Shown here: piece after piece, positions 1-9,248 of the stretch
Layout of the letters: the number at the start of each line of letters is the position of its first letter
Position numbering within the stretch: position 1 is the first letter of the stretch
Assembly (NCBI RefSeq): GCF_000014265.1
Contig: NC_008312.1
Span: forward strand, 6,480,001 to 6,512,000
Direction: 5' to 3'
DNA: 32,000 nucleotides
Origin: Trichodesmium erythraeum IMS101
GTDB lineage: Bacteria > Cyanobacteriota > Cyanobacteriia > Cyanobacteriales > Microcoleaceae
The notes under the pieces: model-generated
What the model was told of the DNA's origin: nothing
Databases searched by the model: none
What the model saw: only the letters and a program-made list of their open reading frames with translations
Translations under genes and position numbers: made by a program

Positions 1-720
1 TCTTTGAAGGGGTGAAATTGAACCTTTAAATGTTCTCACCCAAACTATTTTTGGTTTTTCTACACTTAAGATAACTGGCTCAAAATCATTTTTTGGTATG
101 GTTTTACCTAATTCATCTTTTCTAGTTTCTATTTCCTGAAATAATTTTTGTTTAACTACTATTTTTCTATTTTTGGCGGTGCCTCCGCGCATATTTTAAT
201 TCCTGGTTTTCGAGTTTTTTCAACAATCTTGTATTATTGCTTAATCCCAAATCAATTAAGACTATTCCTAAAGGATGACTTCTGGTCAGAGTAGAGTCTA
301 TTTATACTATTCCTTAATCCTACTTTTTCTGAAATAATTTGTCATGTTTTATCTCTGGTAAAGAGCTTGAATTTTGAGCTTATTTAATGTTATTAGGAAA
401 ATTTTTTTTGCAATCAGCAATCATGGGTTATTAAGGTTGCTATTCCATTATCTACTTTACCGATTTATCCAATGTATTGTTGCCCTACGACCGATGTAAA
501 ATAACCACTTTTGCAGTGTCCAGAATCGTCTAAATTAAACTAAATTCTTTCTTAAATTTAGCTTGAAAAGGTTTATTAATTATTTCTAAGCTAGGTTGAT
601 TGATTTTATTTAGTTCTCAAGGAGAATCTGAGATAAAATTATGTAGCCGATTATAAACTATTCCAATAGAGTTATTGAGAATTTACAATATGTTTTTCCT
701 TCAAATATGCTTTATTAATC
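1..720 (-). pseudogene. IS701-family (DDE) transposase remnant. It has multiple in-frame stops and frameshifts and runs off the left edge.
   Basis: Minus-strand translation gives VYNRLHNFISDSP*ELNKI, with TGA at 617-619 where the conserved SPW tryptophan belongs. In another frame it gives LDDSGHCKSGYFTSVVGQQYIG*IGKVDNGIATLITH (about 430-533). This matches the IS701-type pattern HHF-SPW ... IDETGdkKkG ... RQYiG..GK.eNGIV as I remember it. The open 64-codon stretch 192..1 (MRGGTAKNRK...KIVWVRTFKGS) plausibly continues the same protein. Confidence 0.5.
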
Positions 721-894
721 CACCTAGATAATGGCAAAATCATATTTTTTGAGGTTGATTTTTCCAAAAATTGTCAAACTTTTGGTACCTCTTTCAAAGC
801 AGTGAGGCATGGTGTTAGGGGTTGTTTATCTCATCTAATAAAAGTTTTGAGGTAAAATCTTTTTTTAAAAAGTATTATAGCCTAATTTTACCGA

Positions 895-1350
895 TTAAGT
901 TTTGTAAGTTTTACTAGGTGTATAACTTGAAATTAATTTAGATCTTTTAGACCGGATAAGGTTTGATAAAATATTTGTCTTACCTGAGAGACTTATAGTG
1001 GAATTATCCTCAATATTGTTATTGTTATTATTTAAGGAAATTTCTTGATTAAGTAGCTGATTATTAAGTACATTCTGATTAGGAATTACTAAGGTAGTAT
1101 CTAGATTTTGATTCACTCTATCATTATGAATAAAGTTAGTTATAGTAACATCAACATCTCCACCAATAACTGTTTGCTCTCCTGCGCTCAGGCTATCTCC
1201 AACATCGTCATCAATAATAACATTGACATTTCCAAGAATAACTGTTGGGTTTCTTGTAGTAATATCTTCTGATACTCTTTGTCTTAAACTTACTATTATA
1301 CCATCTGATTTCAGATCTATATTATAGGTTGTAATGTAACCATCTCTCAC
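895..1350 (-). CDS. Hypothetical Asn-rich protein. It may be a gene fragment.
   Basis: The 151-codon ORF starts at GTG and has no ATG. The open frame extends to within about 15 nt of the divergent amidase start, leaving almost no promoter space. The C-terminal half is low complexity (LNNNNNNIEDN). I recognise no family. Confidence 0.25.
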   Translation of the reverse strand: MRDGYITTYNIDLKSDGIIVSLRQRVSEDITTRNPTVILGNVNVIIDDDVGDSLSAGEQTVIGGDVDVTITNFIHNDRVNQNLDTTLVIPNQNVLNNQLLNQEISLNNNNNNIEDNSTISLSGKTNILSNLIRSKRSKLISSYTPSKTYKT

Positions 1351-1409
1351 GTCTACAAACGAAAATTTATCACCCTTGGTATAATTGTTAATTATTAATT
1401 CTCAAAAAC

Positions 1410-2798
1410 ATGACTATCAAGCTCAACCAAACAGAAGCCGTATCAATGGCCACAGCCATCAAAGCAGGGGAAACTACTGCTGAAATTTTAATAAACAAAT
1501 GTCTTGAACAAATTTATGAGAATAACCGAACTTTAAATTGCTTCACCGCTATCACAACAGAAAGCGCACTTAATGCTGCCAAACAAATAGATAGAGACAT
1601 TTCTCAAGGCAAAAACCCCGGTCTCTTAGCAGGAATACCCTTCGCCGTCAAAAACCTCTATGACATTGCAGGTTTAACCACCCTTGCTGGAGCCAAAATT
1701 AATGCCGAAAACCCACCTGCTACCCAAGACGCAACCGCCGTTACCAAACTAAAAAAAGCAGGTGCAATTCTGGTTGGTGCCCTCAATATGGATGAATATG
1801 CCTACGGTTTTGTTACAGAAAATAGTCACTACGGTGCAACACCTAATCCTCATGATCTCAGCCGTATCTCCGGGGGTTCCTCTGGTGCCTCTGCTGCTGC
1901 GGTTGCTGCGGGTTTAGTACCCATTACCCTTGGTTCCGATACGAACGGTTCCATCCGCGTACCTGCTTCTCTCTGTGGTGTTTTTGGGTTTAAGCCGACT
2001 TATGGACGTTTATCACGAGCTGGCGTTTTTTTGTTTGCCAGTAGTTTAGATAATGTTGGACCCTTTGCTCGCTCTGTACGAGATATTGCCACAGTTTATG
2101 ATATTTTACAAGGGTCGGATACAAGAGATCCAGTTTGTACTAAACGTTCTCCTGAAAGTTGTTTACCTCAACTCAAACAAGATATTAAAGATTTGCGCAT
2201 TGCTATTGCTGATGGTCACTTTGCCCAAGGTGGTGAACCGGAGGTGTTTACAGCAGTGGAACAAGTGGCAGAGGTATTGGGTGTCACTCAGCGGGTGACA
2301 ATACCTGAAGCAGATCGGGCGCGAGCTGCTGCTTATATTATTACTGCGGCTGAAGGCGCAAATTTGCATTTGGATAATTTGCGCATCCGTCCCCAAGATT
2401 TCGATCCAGCAACTCGCGATCGCTTTTTAGCAGGTGCTTTAATTCCGGCAGACTGGTATATCCAAGCTCAACGTTTCCGCCGTTGGTATCAAAGTTCTGT
2501 TAAGGAAATATTTAATGATGTAGATATTATTCTAGCTCCAACTACCCCTTGTATTGCACCGTTGTTAGGAGCTGAAAAAATGACTATTAATGGGGAGGAG
2601 GTGTTAGTACGTCCGAATTTAGGTTTGTATACGCAACCTTTGTCTTTTATTGGGTTGCCAGTTTTGTCAGTTCCTATTCGACGTATTAATGGTTTACCTT
2701 TGGGAGTACAAATTATTGCTGCACCTTATAATGAGGCTTTGGTATTGCAAGTAGCAGCAGTGTTGGAATTTGAAGGGCTAACTACTGAAGTCAAATAG
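1410..2798 (+). CDS. Amidase-signature family amidohydrolase (GatA/AtzE-like)
   Basis: 462 aa. Carries the canonical amidase signature GGSSGASAAAVAAGLVPITLGSDTNGSIRVPASLCGVFGFKPTYGR and the upstream catalytic Lys context FAVKNLYD. Confidence 0.9.
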   Translation: MTIKLNQTEAVSMATAIKAGETTAEILINKCLEQIYENNRTLNCFTAITTESALNAAKQIDRDISQGKNPGLLAGIPFAVKNLYDIAGLTTLAGAKINAENPPATQDATAVTKLKKAGAILVGALNMDEYAYGFVTENSHYGATPNPHDLSRISGGSSGASAAAVAAGLVPITLGSDTNGSIRVPASLCGVFGFKPTYGRLSRAGVFLFASSLDNVGPFARSVRDIATVYDILQGSDTRDPVCTKRSPESCLPQLKQDIKDLRIAIADGHFAQGGEPEVFTAVEQVAEVLGVTQRVTIPEADRARAAAYIITAAEGANLHLDNLRIRPQDFDPATRDRFLAGALIPADWYIQAQRFRRWYQSSVKEIFNDVDIILAPTTPCIAPLLGAEKMTINGEEVLVRPNLGLYTQPLSFIGLPVLSVPIRRINGLPLGVQIIAAPYNEALVLQVAAVLEFEGLTTEVK

Positions 2799-3494
2799 GT
2801 TTGTTGGGTGTGGGAAAATTAAAAATCCTCAAAAGTTTACTCTTAATGGTTTTTAGAATTTTAGGTTTGAAGAGCACTATAAACGTTGACTAATAATGGC
2901 TATAGTCATTTTTTTTATTAATTCCCAACAATTATAATCACAAGTAGCAAATAACTGGAGAAAATTAATTATACAAACAACTAATAATATATAACTCTAT
3001 AAATGTCTGGTATTAAATGTATCATCATTTGCACTTTTCTTGGTTGTTACAAGTAAATTACTAATCCTTTTTGATCATGTTTTTAACTGTTTTGTGCATT
3101 TACTATAATGAACAAATAATTAACCAAGGATGGTGGTTGGAGTTCTGAGACGATCGCCGACCTATTTTCAATAAGCTTGATTTTGTATTTAGTTATAGTA
3201 TTAGTCAAAATAATTTGACAAAACATCCGTAAAAAAATTTGATGGCTTGCTTGTCACCCCGTGAAATTTTCGCTATTAACTTATCTATACCAATGGAGTC
3301 CGTAACCGTTTATGTTTTTTTTCATTTTTATCAACCTTAGCAAAAACTTTTTAAAATACCTGAAATAGAGCAAGGCTTTAAGAAGCTTCAAAAAATAATT
3401 AATTATTTCAAATAATTTATTTTTCCTCTGCTTAAAATGATAAAAGATGGATAATTACTTGAGATAAAACTATAGCTATTTTATCAAGGTTTTA

Positions 3495-4394
3495 TTATTT
3501 TTGTAGAGGCACAACATCATGAAAAAGTGAGTAATCTAAATAGAATCTACCATCAATTCCCGTAGAAATCAAATCTACAAAACGCTGATGCCAAAGAATC
3601 TGATCTAATCTATAAACATGGCGAGCATGAATAGTTTGAGAAACAGTTTCATCTAATCCTGTTAGGGTTATAAAGAGTTGAATACTCTGATTATTTATAT
3701 TTTTAAAATCATCTTCAGACCAACCATATAGAGGACTATCTTTATCAATTTGGTGCATTACTAACCAGGTAAGAGAAAGCATAGGTGTTTCAGAACGAAC
3801 CAATTTTAAATCACCAAATTTTCGCAAAGAATGCCCTTCAATACTAACCTCCTTATTAAGTAATACAGTTGCTTTAACTTCAGCTTCTACTATCCAGTTT
3901 TGGCGTTGGTTAGCAATACGAAACATGAGGGTAGGTACACCATCATAAGGAGAAATAACTGCTATCCTACTGAAAAGCACTCGTGCTGTTGGCAATGAGA
4001 ACCGAGCAAACATTAATCCTGTAATCATTGCTATACCAATTAAACCAATAAAAACTTCTATAGCTACTAATATATGAGTATAAATATTTGTTGGATACAT
4101 AGCACCATAACCAATAGTAGCTATCGTTTGTATGCTAAAAGAAAAAGCATCAATAAAGGAACCAGGTTTAGCATTATGAATTCCATCTCCACTACCTAAA
4201 TATAACAATGCAAAAATAGTATTAATTAGAAAATAAAAACTAATGATTATTACCCATAATTGTCGCCAAGAAATTGTCATTAACCAATGATAAAAATCAC
4301 TCCAGTAAAAACTAGGAATTCCTTTAATTACAAAGTCCATAAGACCAACTTTTCTTGCAAAGGCTTTTTGTTTTTTTGTTGTGTTCCTTTTCAT
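3495..4394 (-). CDS. Prokaryotic inward-rectifier potassium channel (KirBac family)
   Basis: 299 aa. Two TM helices flank a pore helix with the K+ selectivity filter, SIQTIATIGYGAMYP. The beta-rich cytoplasmic C-terminal domain is typical of Kir channels. Confidence 0.85.
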   Translation of the reverse strand: MKRNTTKKQKAFARKVGLMDFVIKGIPSFYWSDFYHWLMTISWRQLWVIIISFYFLINTIFALLYLGSGDGIHNAKPGSFIDAFSFSIQTIATIGYGAMYPTNIYTHILVAIEVFIGLIGIAMITGLMFARFSLPTARVLFSRIAVISPYDGVPTLMFRIANQRQNWIVEAEVKATVLLNKEVSIEGHSLRKFGDLKLVRSETPMLSLTWLVMHQIDKDSPLYGWSEDDFKNINNQSIQLFITLTGLDETVSQTIHARHVYRLDQILWHQRFVDLISTGIDGRFYLDYSLFHDVVPLQK

Positions 4395-4796
4395 GATAAT
4401 TATCTAATATAGTAATGTGTAGATTAGTTGCGACAAAATTCCATACTCAAAAAGTTTAGGATAAATGAAAGAAGTGAAAATTTGCAATGCAAAAAACTTA
4501 AAATATAGCAGTGAGCGCTGGCATATTTACATTCCAAATCCTCTAAAGTAAGTCCTTATAATAAATATTGTAAATACACTAGCGCACTTTCCTATAACTT
4601 AACTTTTTTTAAAGAACTACAAAGATAATCAAACTGTCTTATAAAACTTTGGGCTAGCAACCGAATATATCCTTCAAAACTTTAGTTATTAAGTAATAAA
4701 TTAAGTTTCAGCAACATTTTTAATAATTCTAGCTATTTGACTTAAACTACTTATTTAATCAAAGCTTACTGCCTGCAGATATTGCATGCAAAGCCC

Positions 4797-5912
4797 CTAC
4801 CTATTCTGAATAAATTTATCTAAATCTGGTACGTTTACCCAAGTACCAGTTAAATTAGATTCATGGGTTAAATCCATTAATAACTGAGAATAAACACCCT
4901 CTTTCAAAGATGGAACTAGAGATTTTCCTGCAACTATAGCCTGTACCCAATTATCAACTACTCGAATAAAAGGTGCAATTCTACCATCAGAATAAACCTT
5001 CGGAAAATCTAAATTTTTAGGAATGTTTATTTCTCCTAAAGATTCCCCATTTTGAGAACCCCAAACTTTAAACCCATGTACATAATCTTTTTGATTATCG
5101 CTACCAACAATTAAAGTACCTTTACTACCATAAACTTCTACCCAATGACCACGCCCTTGATAGGTGACTGAGCTAATACAAATTTGACAGGGAGTACCAT
5201 CTGCCAACTCCAACATAATGTTACAAGTATCATCTGCATCAACTTGTTTTAATTCATTTCCTGTAGCAGGGTCAGGACGAGTTTTAATGGATGTATTAAG
5301 TTGTCCCCAAAGTTTTTTAGCAGGACCAAATAACCAGTTAATATAATCAAAAGTATGGGAAGCGATCGCTCCTAATGCACCACCTCCTTTATCTTTTTGA
5401 GAATACCAATTCCAAGGACGGCTTGGGAGAGCACGACTTGATGCTAACCAATCAATTTTAATTAGGCGTTTATCCCCCACATATCCATCTGCTAAAATTT
5501 TGGCAAATAGTTGCCAAGCAGGAATATAACGAAACTCAAAATCCATAGTTACTAAACATTTATTAGTAGCAGCAAGATGATATAATTCTTGAGCTTCTTC
5601 TGCTTTTAAAGTTGTGGGTTTTTCTAACAATAAATGTTTCCCAGCGGATAATATTTGCTTTGCCATTTCATAGTGTAGAAATGGAGGAGTTGAAATGGTT
5701 ACGGCAGTAACTTCAGGCAAGTCAATTATCTCTTCAATAGTGTTAAAAGCATAAGGAATATTATGGCTTGATGCAATTGATTTAGCTTTTGTATAATCTC
5801 GATTATAAACTGCTAAGACTTCAGTTTTGTGATGTGCTTGTAAACCTGGTATATGTACCTTTTGACCAAATCCTGTACCGATAACTGCTACGCCAATAGT
5901 TTGATTTTTCAT
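4797..5912 (-). CDS. Gfo/Idh/MocA family NAD(P)-dependent oxidoreductase
   Basis: 371 aa. N-terminal Rossmann motif IGVAVIGTGFGQKVHIPG and the family EKP motif (LLLEKPTTL). Confidence 0.85.
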   Translation of the reverse strand: MKNQTIGVAVIGTGFGQKVHIPGLQAHHKTEVLAVYNRDYTKAKSIASSHNIPYAFNTIEEIIDLPEVTAVTISTPPFLHYEMAKQILSAGKHLLLEKPTTLKAEEAQELYHLAATNKCLVTMDFEFRYIPAWQLFAKILADGYVGDKRLIKIDWLASSRALPSRPWNWYSQKDKGGGALGAIASHTFDYINWLFGPAKKLWGQLNTSIKTRPDPATGNELKQVDADDTCNIMLELADGTPCQICISSVTYQGRGHWVEVYGSKGTLIVGSDNQKDYVHGFKVWGSQNGESLGEINIPKNLDFPKVYSDGRIAPFIRVVDNWVQAIVAGKSLVPSLKEGVYSQLLMDLTHESNLTGTWVNVPDLDKFIQNR

Positions 5913-6599
5913 TGTTTATAAGAAGTAAGAAGAAAAAAGGTAAGTTTTTAGTAATAATGATCAAGTCTTTGTAGTGTTGCTATTTTCCCCACAATGTACG
6001 TCAATAAGATGAAACATCCAAAATTAAATTGTTTAAGCTTAATGTATGCTGGCTGATTAAATATAAAAACCTTATACAGTAATAATTTCAACCATTTTTT
6101 ATCATCAACTATGCCCACAAGGTCAGCTAAAGTATAGTTCCTTCTTTTAATTCTTCTTGGAGACTAATTCCTCCTTATAACTGATAGCTGACAGCTAAGT
6201 GCTTACTGGGTATTTCATTCATCACCTATAAAAAGCGTCAGGGAGCAAGTGCGGCAGCTACAACTGCCTGACTATAATTTTATAACTACATATACAGGAC
6301 TACCAAATCTGATAAAAAGAGGTTAATAATTAAATATAAAAACCAGGACTTATACAAGTACAATATATATAACTTACTAATTAGTCCTGATCAGGTCTCA
6401 TTAATTAGCCATCATAAAAATATTTTTATTACATTAATTGCTCCCAATTTTCAATGCCTTAAAGTTTGACCATAGTGGGTATTAAAAGAGAAATTATACT
6501 ACATTATTATATTTATATCATAGTACTTTAAGAGCTATGAAAAAATAAAAATTTCTCTAATTCAAAATACATAAATTATAAATTTTAACAAGTGAATGA

Positions 6600-7574
6600 C
6601 TATTTTTTACTTGTTACTTGATCAATTACCCATTCTATTACTTTTTTGCCCAAATTAACATGATCAAAAAAATCAATTTCTCTAATTCCTGTCGGGCTAG
6701 TAACATTAATTTCCGTAAGATAACCACCAATTACATCTATACCTACAAAATATAAACCATCTTCTATTAATTTAGGTGCTAATTGCTCACAAATTTCATA
6801 TTCTTTTTGTGTAATTTCTGTCTGAGCAACTCTACCTCCTACCGCCATATTCCCTCGAAAATCTTGGCCAGTAGGAATCCGATTTACTGCTCCAATAGGC
6901 TTACCATTCAAAATAATAATTCGCTTATCTCCTTCTTTTGCTGCTGGTAAATAACTTTGAATCATCACAGGCTCTTGACCTTGTTTTGTACTAATTTCTA
7001 TCAAGGAATTAAAATTTTTATCTGTGGGTTCTAAAAATAAAATTCCCTCCCCAGCTTTTCCTCCTAAGGGTTTCAAAACTGCTGCTTCTTGTGAGTCTAA
7101 AAAATCTCTAATTACCTGTTTATCTTGACTAACAATTGTTTCCGGAATTACTTTTGTAAATTGTAAAGCATAGATTTTTTCATTAGCAGCGCGTAACCCT
7201 TGAGGAGAGTTTATTACTAAAGTTTTTTGTGGATTAATATAGTCTAGAAGATAAGTAGCATAAAGATAAGGAATTGTTACTGGTGGATCTTGTCGCATAA
7301 ATACAGCATCCATCAACTCTAATGGTTCCAGCACAGTTTTTTCTAAGCTATACCAAGGGTTACTTGCTACCCAATGATTTTCTCTTCTTTGAATTGGGCT
7401 CAAATTTACCCGCTGAGTTTTTGCGCAGGTTTTACTATTAATAACAGTTAGCTGGTTCATTTCTGTTATCCAAACTTCATGACCAAGTTCCTGAGAAGCT
7501 TCCATTAATGCCACGCTGGTATCGTGAACTGGGTTAAGTCGGTCTATAGGGTCTATGATGAATGCAAATTTCAT
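6600..7574 (-). CDS. gshB: Glutathione synthetase (ATP-grasp)
   Basis: 324 aa. The N-terminus MKFAFIIDPIDRLNPVHDTSVALMEA is typical of prokaryotic GshB, and the C-terminal half is ATP-grasp. It lies directly downstream of a glutaredoxin gene on the same strand. Confidence 0.9.
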   Translation of the reverse strand: MKFAFIIDPIDRLNPVHDTSVALMEASQELGHEVWITEMNQLTVINSKTCAKTQRVNLSPIQRRENHWVASNPWYSLEKTVLEPLELMDAVFMRQDPPVTIPYLYATYLLDYINPQKTLVINSPQGLRAANEKIYALQFTKVIPETIVSQDKQVIRDFLDSQEAAVLKPLGGKAGEGILFLEPTDKNFNSLIEISTKQGQEPVMIQSYLPAAKEGDKRIIILNGKPIGAVNRIPTGQDFRGNMAVGGRVAQTEITQKEYEICEQLAPKLIEDGLYFVGIDVIGGYLTEINVTSPTGIREIDFFDHVNLGKKVIEWVIDQVTSKK

Positions 7575-7703
7575 CTTTGTTTGTTAATTAGTTCAAAATA
7601 TTTTTACTTACTTAAGTAGAGGAGTAATAATCATTTTCTCAAAATATCTACCCCTCTAAAATCAGACATTTTAGTAGATTTTTTGTGTTACTGAAACCAT
7701 TAA

Positions 7704-7964
7704 CTATTTCTTCAAGAGTCGGTCTAGTTTCCCTTGAGCTTCCAGTCCATATAAATCATCACAACCCCCTATATGTTCCTCATCGATAAAGATTTGGGGC
7801 AAAGAATTACGGCCATTAGCTCTACAGGCCATTTTTTCTCGTTCTATATCATCGCCATCTATAGGGTATTCCTGATAGTTTACTTGCTTTTTATCTAACA
7901 GTGCTTTAGCACTGATGCAAAACGGACAACTTGACCAGGTATAAATTTCTATGTTAACAGACAT
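7704..7964 (-). CDS. grxC: Glutaredoxin 3 (dithiol CPFC type)
   Basis: 86 aa. Active site WSSCPFC and a GGCDDL glutathione-binding region. Co-oriented with gshB 130 bp downstream. Confidence 0.9.
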   Translation of the reverse strand: MSVNIEIYTWSSCPFCISAKALLDKKQVNYQEYPIDGDDIEREKMACRANGRNSLPQIFIDEEHIGGCDDLYGLEAQGKLDRLLKK

Positions 7965-9248
7965 AATAGATTACTCATGAGCAATATTTCTCATAATAAT
8001 TGTAATATTAATTGGTTATTTGAGAATAGTTTTAGATTTTATATAACTAATATCAAGTATTGTTGATTAGCTATAATAAGTCCGACACCTTTAGTCATTT
8101 TTAAATTAATTTTATGGCCAAGCTATGATTATGATATAATGAGAAAAAAAATCAACAAATAATGGAAAAAAAGATATCTCAGCCTTGGGGAAAAAGTCTT
8201 TGAATTTTGAGGAACATAGTTCGATGGGTAATAAATCAGATGATGATCCAAGGTTTGAAAATTAAATTTGCTCCTGTGGAATAAATTAACTATTGAATTA
8301 TAAAACTTGTGTAGAGACTTAAATCATCCATCAGTACAATTGCTATGGACCTGGTTAGAGGTACTAAAATTTGCTTGATATATGTTTTAAATACATTTTT
8401 ATTTGTACTACCAGTTACTTTTATTTACTCAAATAAACCATAACTGACTTTCAGGAACTAAAACACTTATATTATTACTTTTATTTTTACTTTTATTTAT
8501 AGGGGTATTGCTAAGGATTATCTTTCCTATTTTTCGTTGAAGATAAAGAAAAATCACTCGTTATTAACTCCTAATTTGTTGACAAAAAAAAATTATTTAT
8601 GTCTACTAAACCAAGCTATTTCTAATGCACAAATGCTTTACATATTTGATATTTTATCTCTGTTAGTCACCAAACATAAAGACTTTTTTTTCTACTTATA
8701 TTAATTTTTTTTTGCTCAATATATTGTTGATATACTTACTTTCACTCCGGTTATAATTTATAAATATTGACATAATAAGTCACAAAGTCAAATAACCCGT
8801 TTCAGATTTATAGGTGGGGCTCGACGGGGCTTTTGTTGACCCTAATTATTCACAAGAAAAATATCACCTGGATAGACATAATAAATATATTAACTTTTCC
8901 AACTGGACACTAGATAGACTTTGCCTCTACTATTATACTTTTATACCTATATAAATATACCTATATAAAAACTGGTAAAGCCCTTCTGTGAATTTACTTT
9001 AGCTTATTGATAATTGTCAAGTATGCATTAGCTAATTATAGATCATTATGAGTTTCCAAAACTGCTGTAATTTTCGATTAATAGTGGTAAACATTAAAAT
9101 TGTTGGTGATTTTGGCAGATAATTTTTCCCAGTATATAAACCGGGTTTGTACTAGGTAGCATACCATACTAATATCTGTCTTCAAGTAACCCGGTTTCTC
9201 ATGAGATTTCATAGTTCGATTCATCAACGCCCAAAAAACTTTCTTCCT

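Noticed and set aside
2053-2396. Track ORFs 2053-2298 (+) and 2163-2396 (-) inside the amidase gene
   Set aside because: They are fully nested in a strongly supported CDS and have odd composition, so I treat them as shadow ORFs. The same reasoning applies to 10079-10375 and 10673-10858 (in hflX), 12174-12404, 12620-12868 and 14538-14738 (in or overlapping ppsA), 15545-15730 (in AIPR), 17307-17570 (in the PIN-like gene), 19603-19785 (in the LRAT-like gene) and 22805-23314 (in ddl).
3249-3264. The 16-mer GCTTGTCACCCCGTGA (dyad TCAC-N3-GTGA), recurring as GCTTGTCACCTCGTGA at 11561-76, as a possible operator
   Set aside because: My rough estimate is that about ten 15-of-16 matches between two sites in a 32-kb window, both strands counted, are expected by chance. 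Neither copy is at a convincing distance from a gene start.
8811-8840. GGTGGGGCTCGACGGGGCTTTTGTTGACCC, which vaguely resembles a tmRNA or tRNA-like 5' end
   Set aside because: There is no acceptor or T-arm complement, no resume-codon or tag region, and the similarity spans only a few bases.
9156-9169. NtcA-like GTA-N8-TAC (GTAGCATACCATAC)
   Set aside because: It lies in the 3' region of hflX with no plus-strand gene downstream and no properly spaced -10 box. The pattern is short and frequent by chance.
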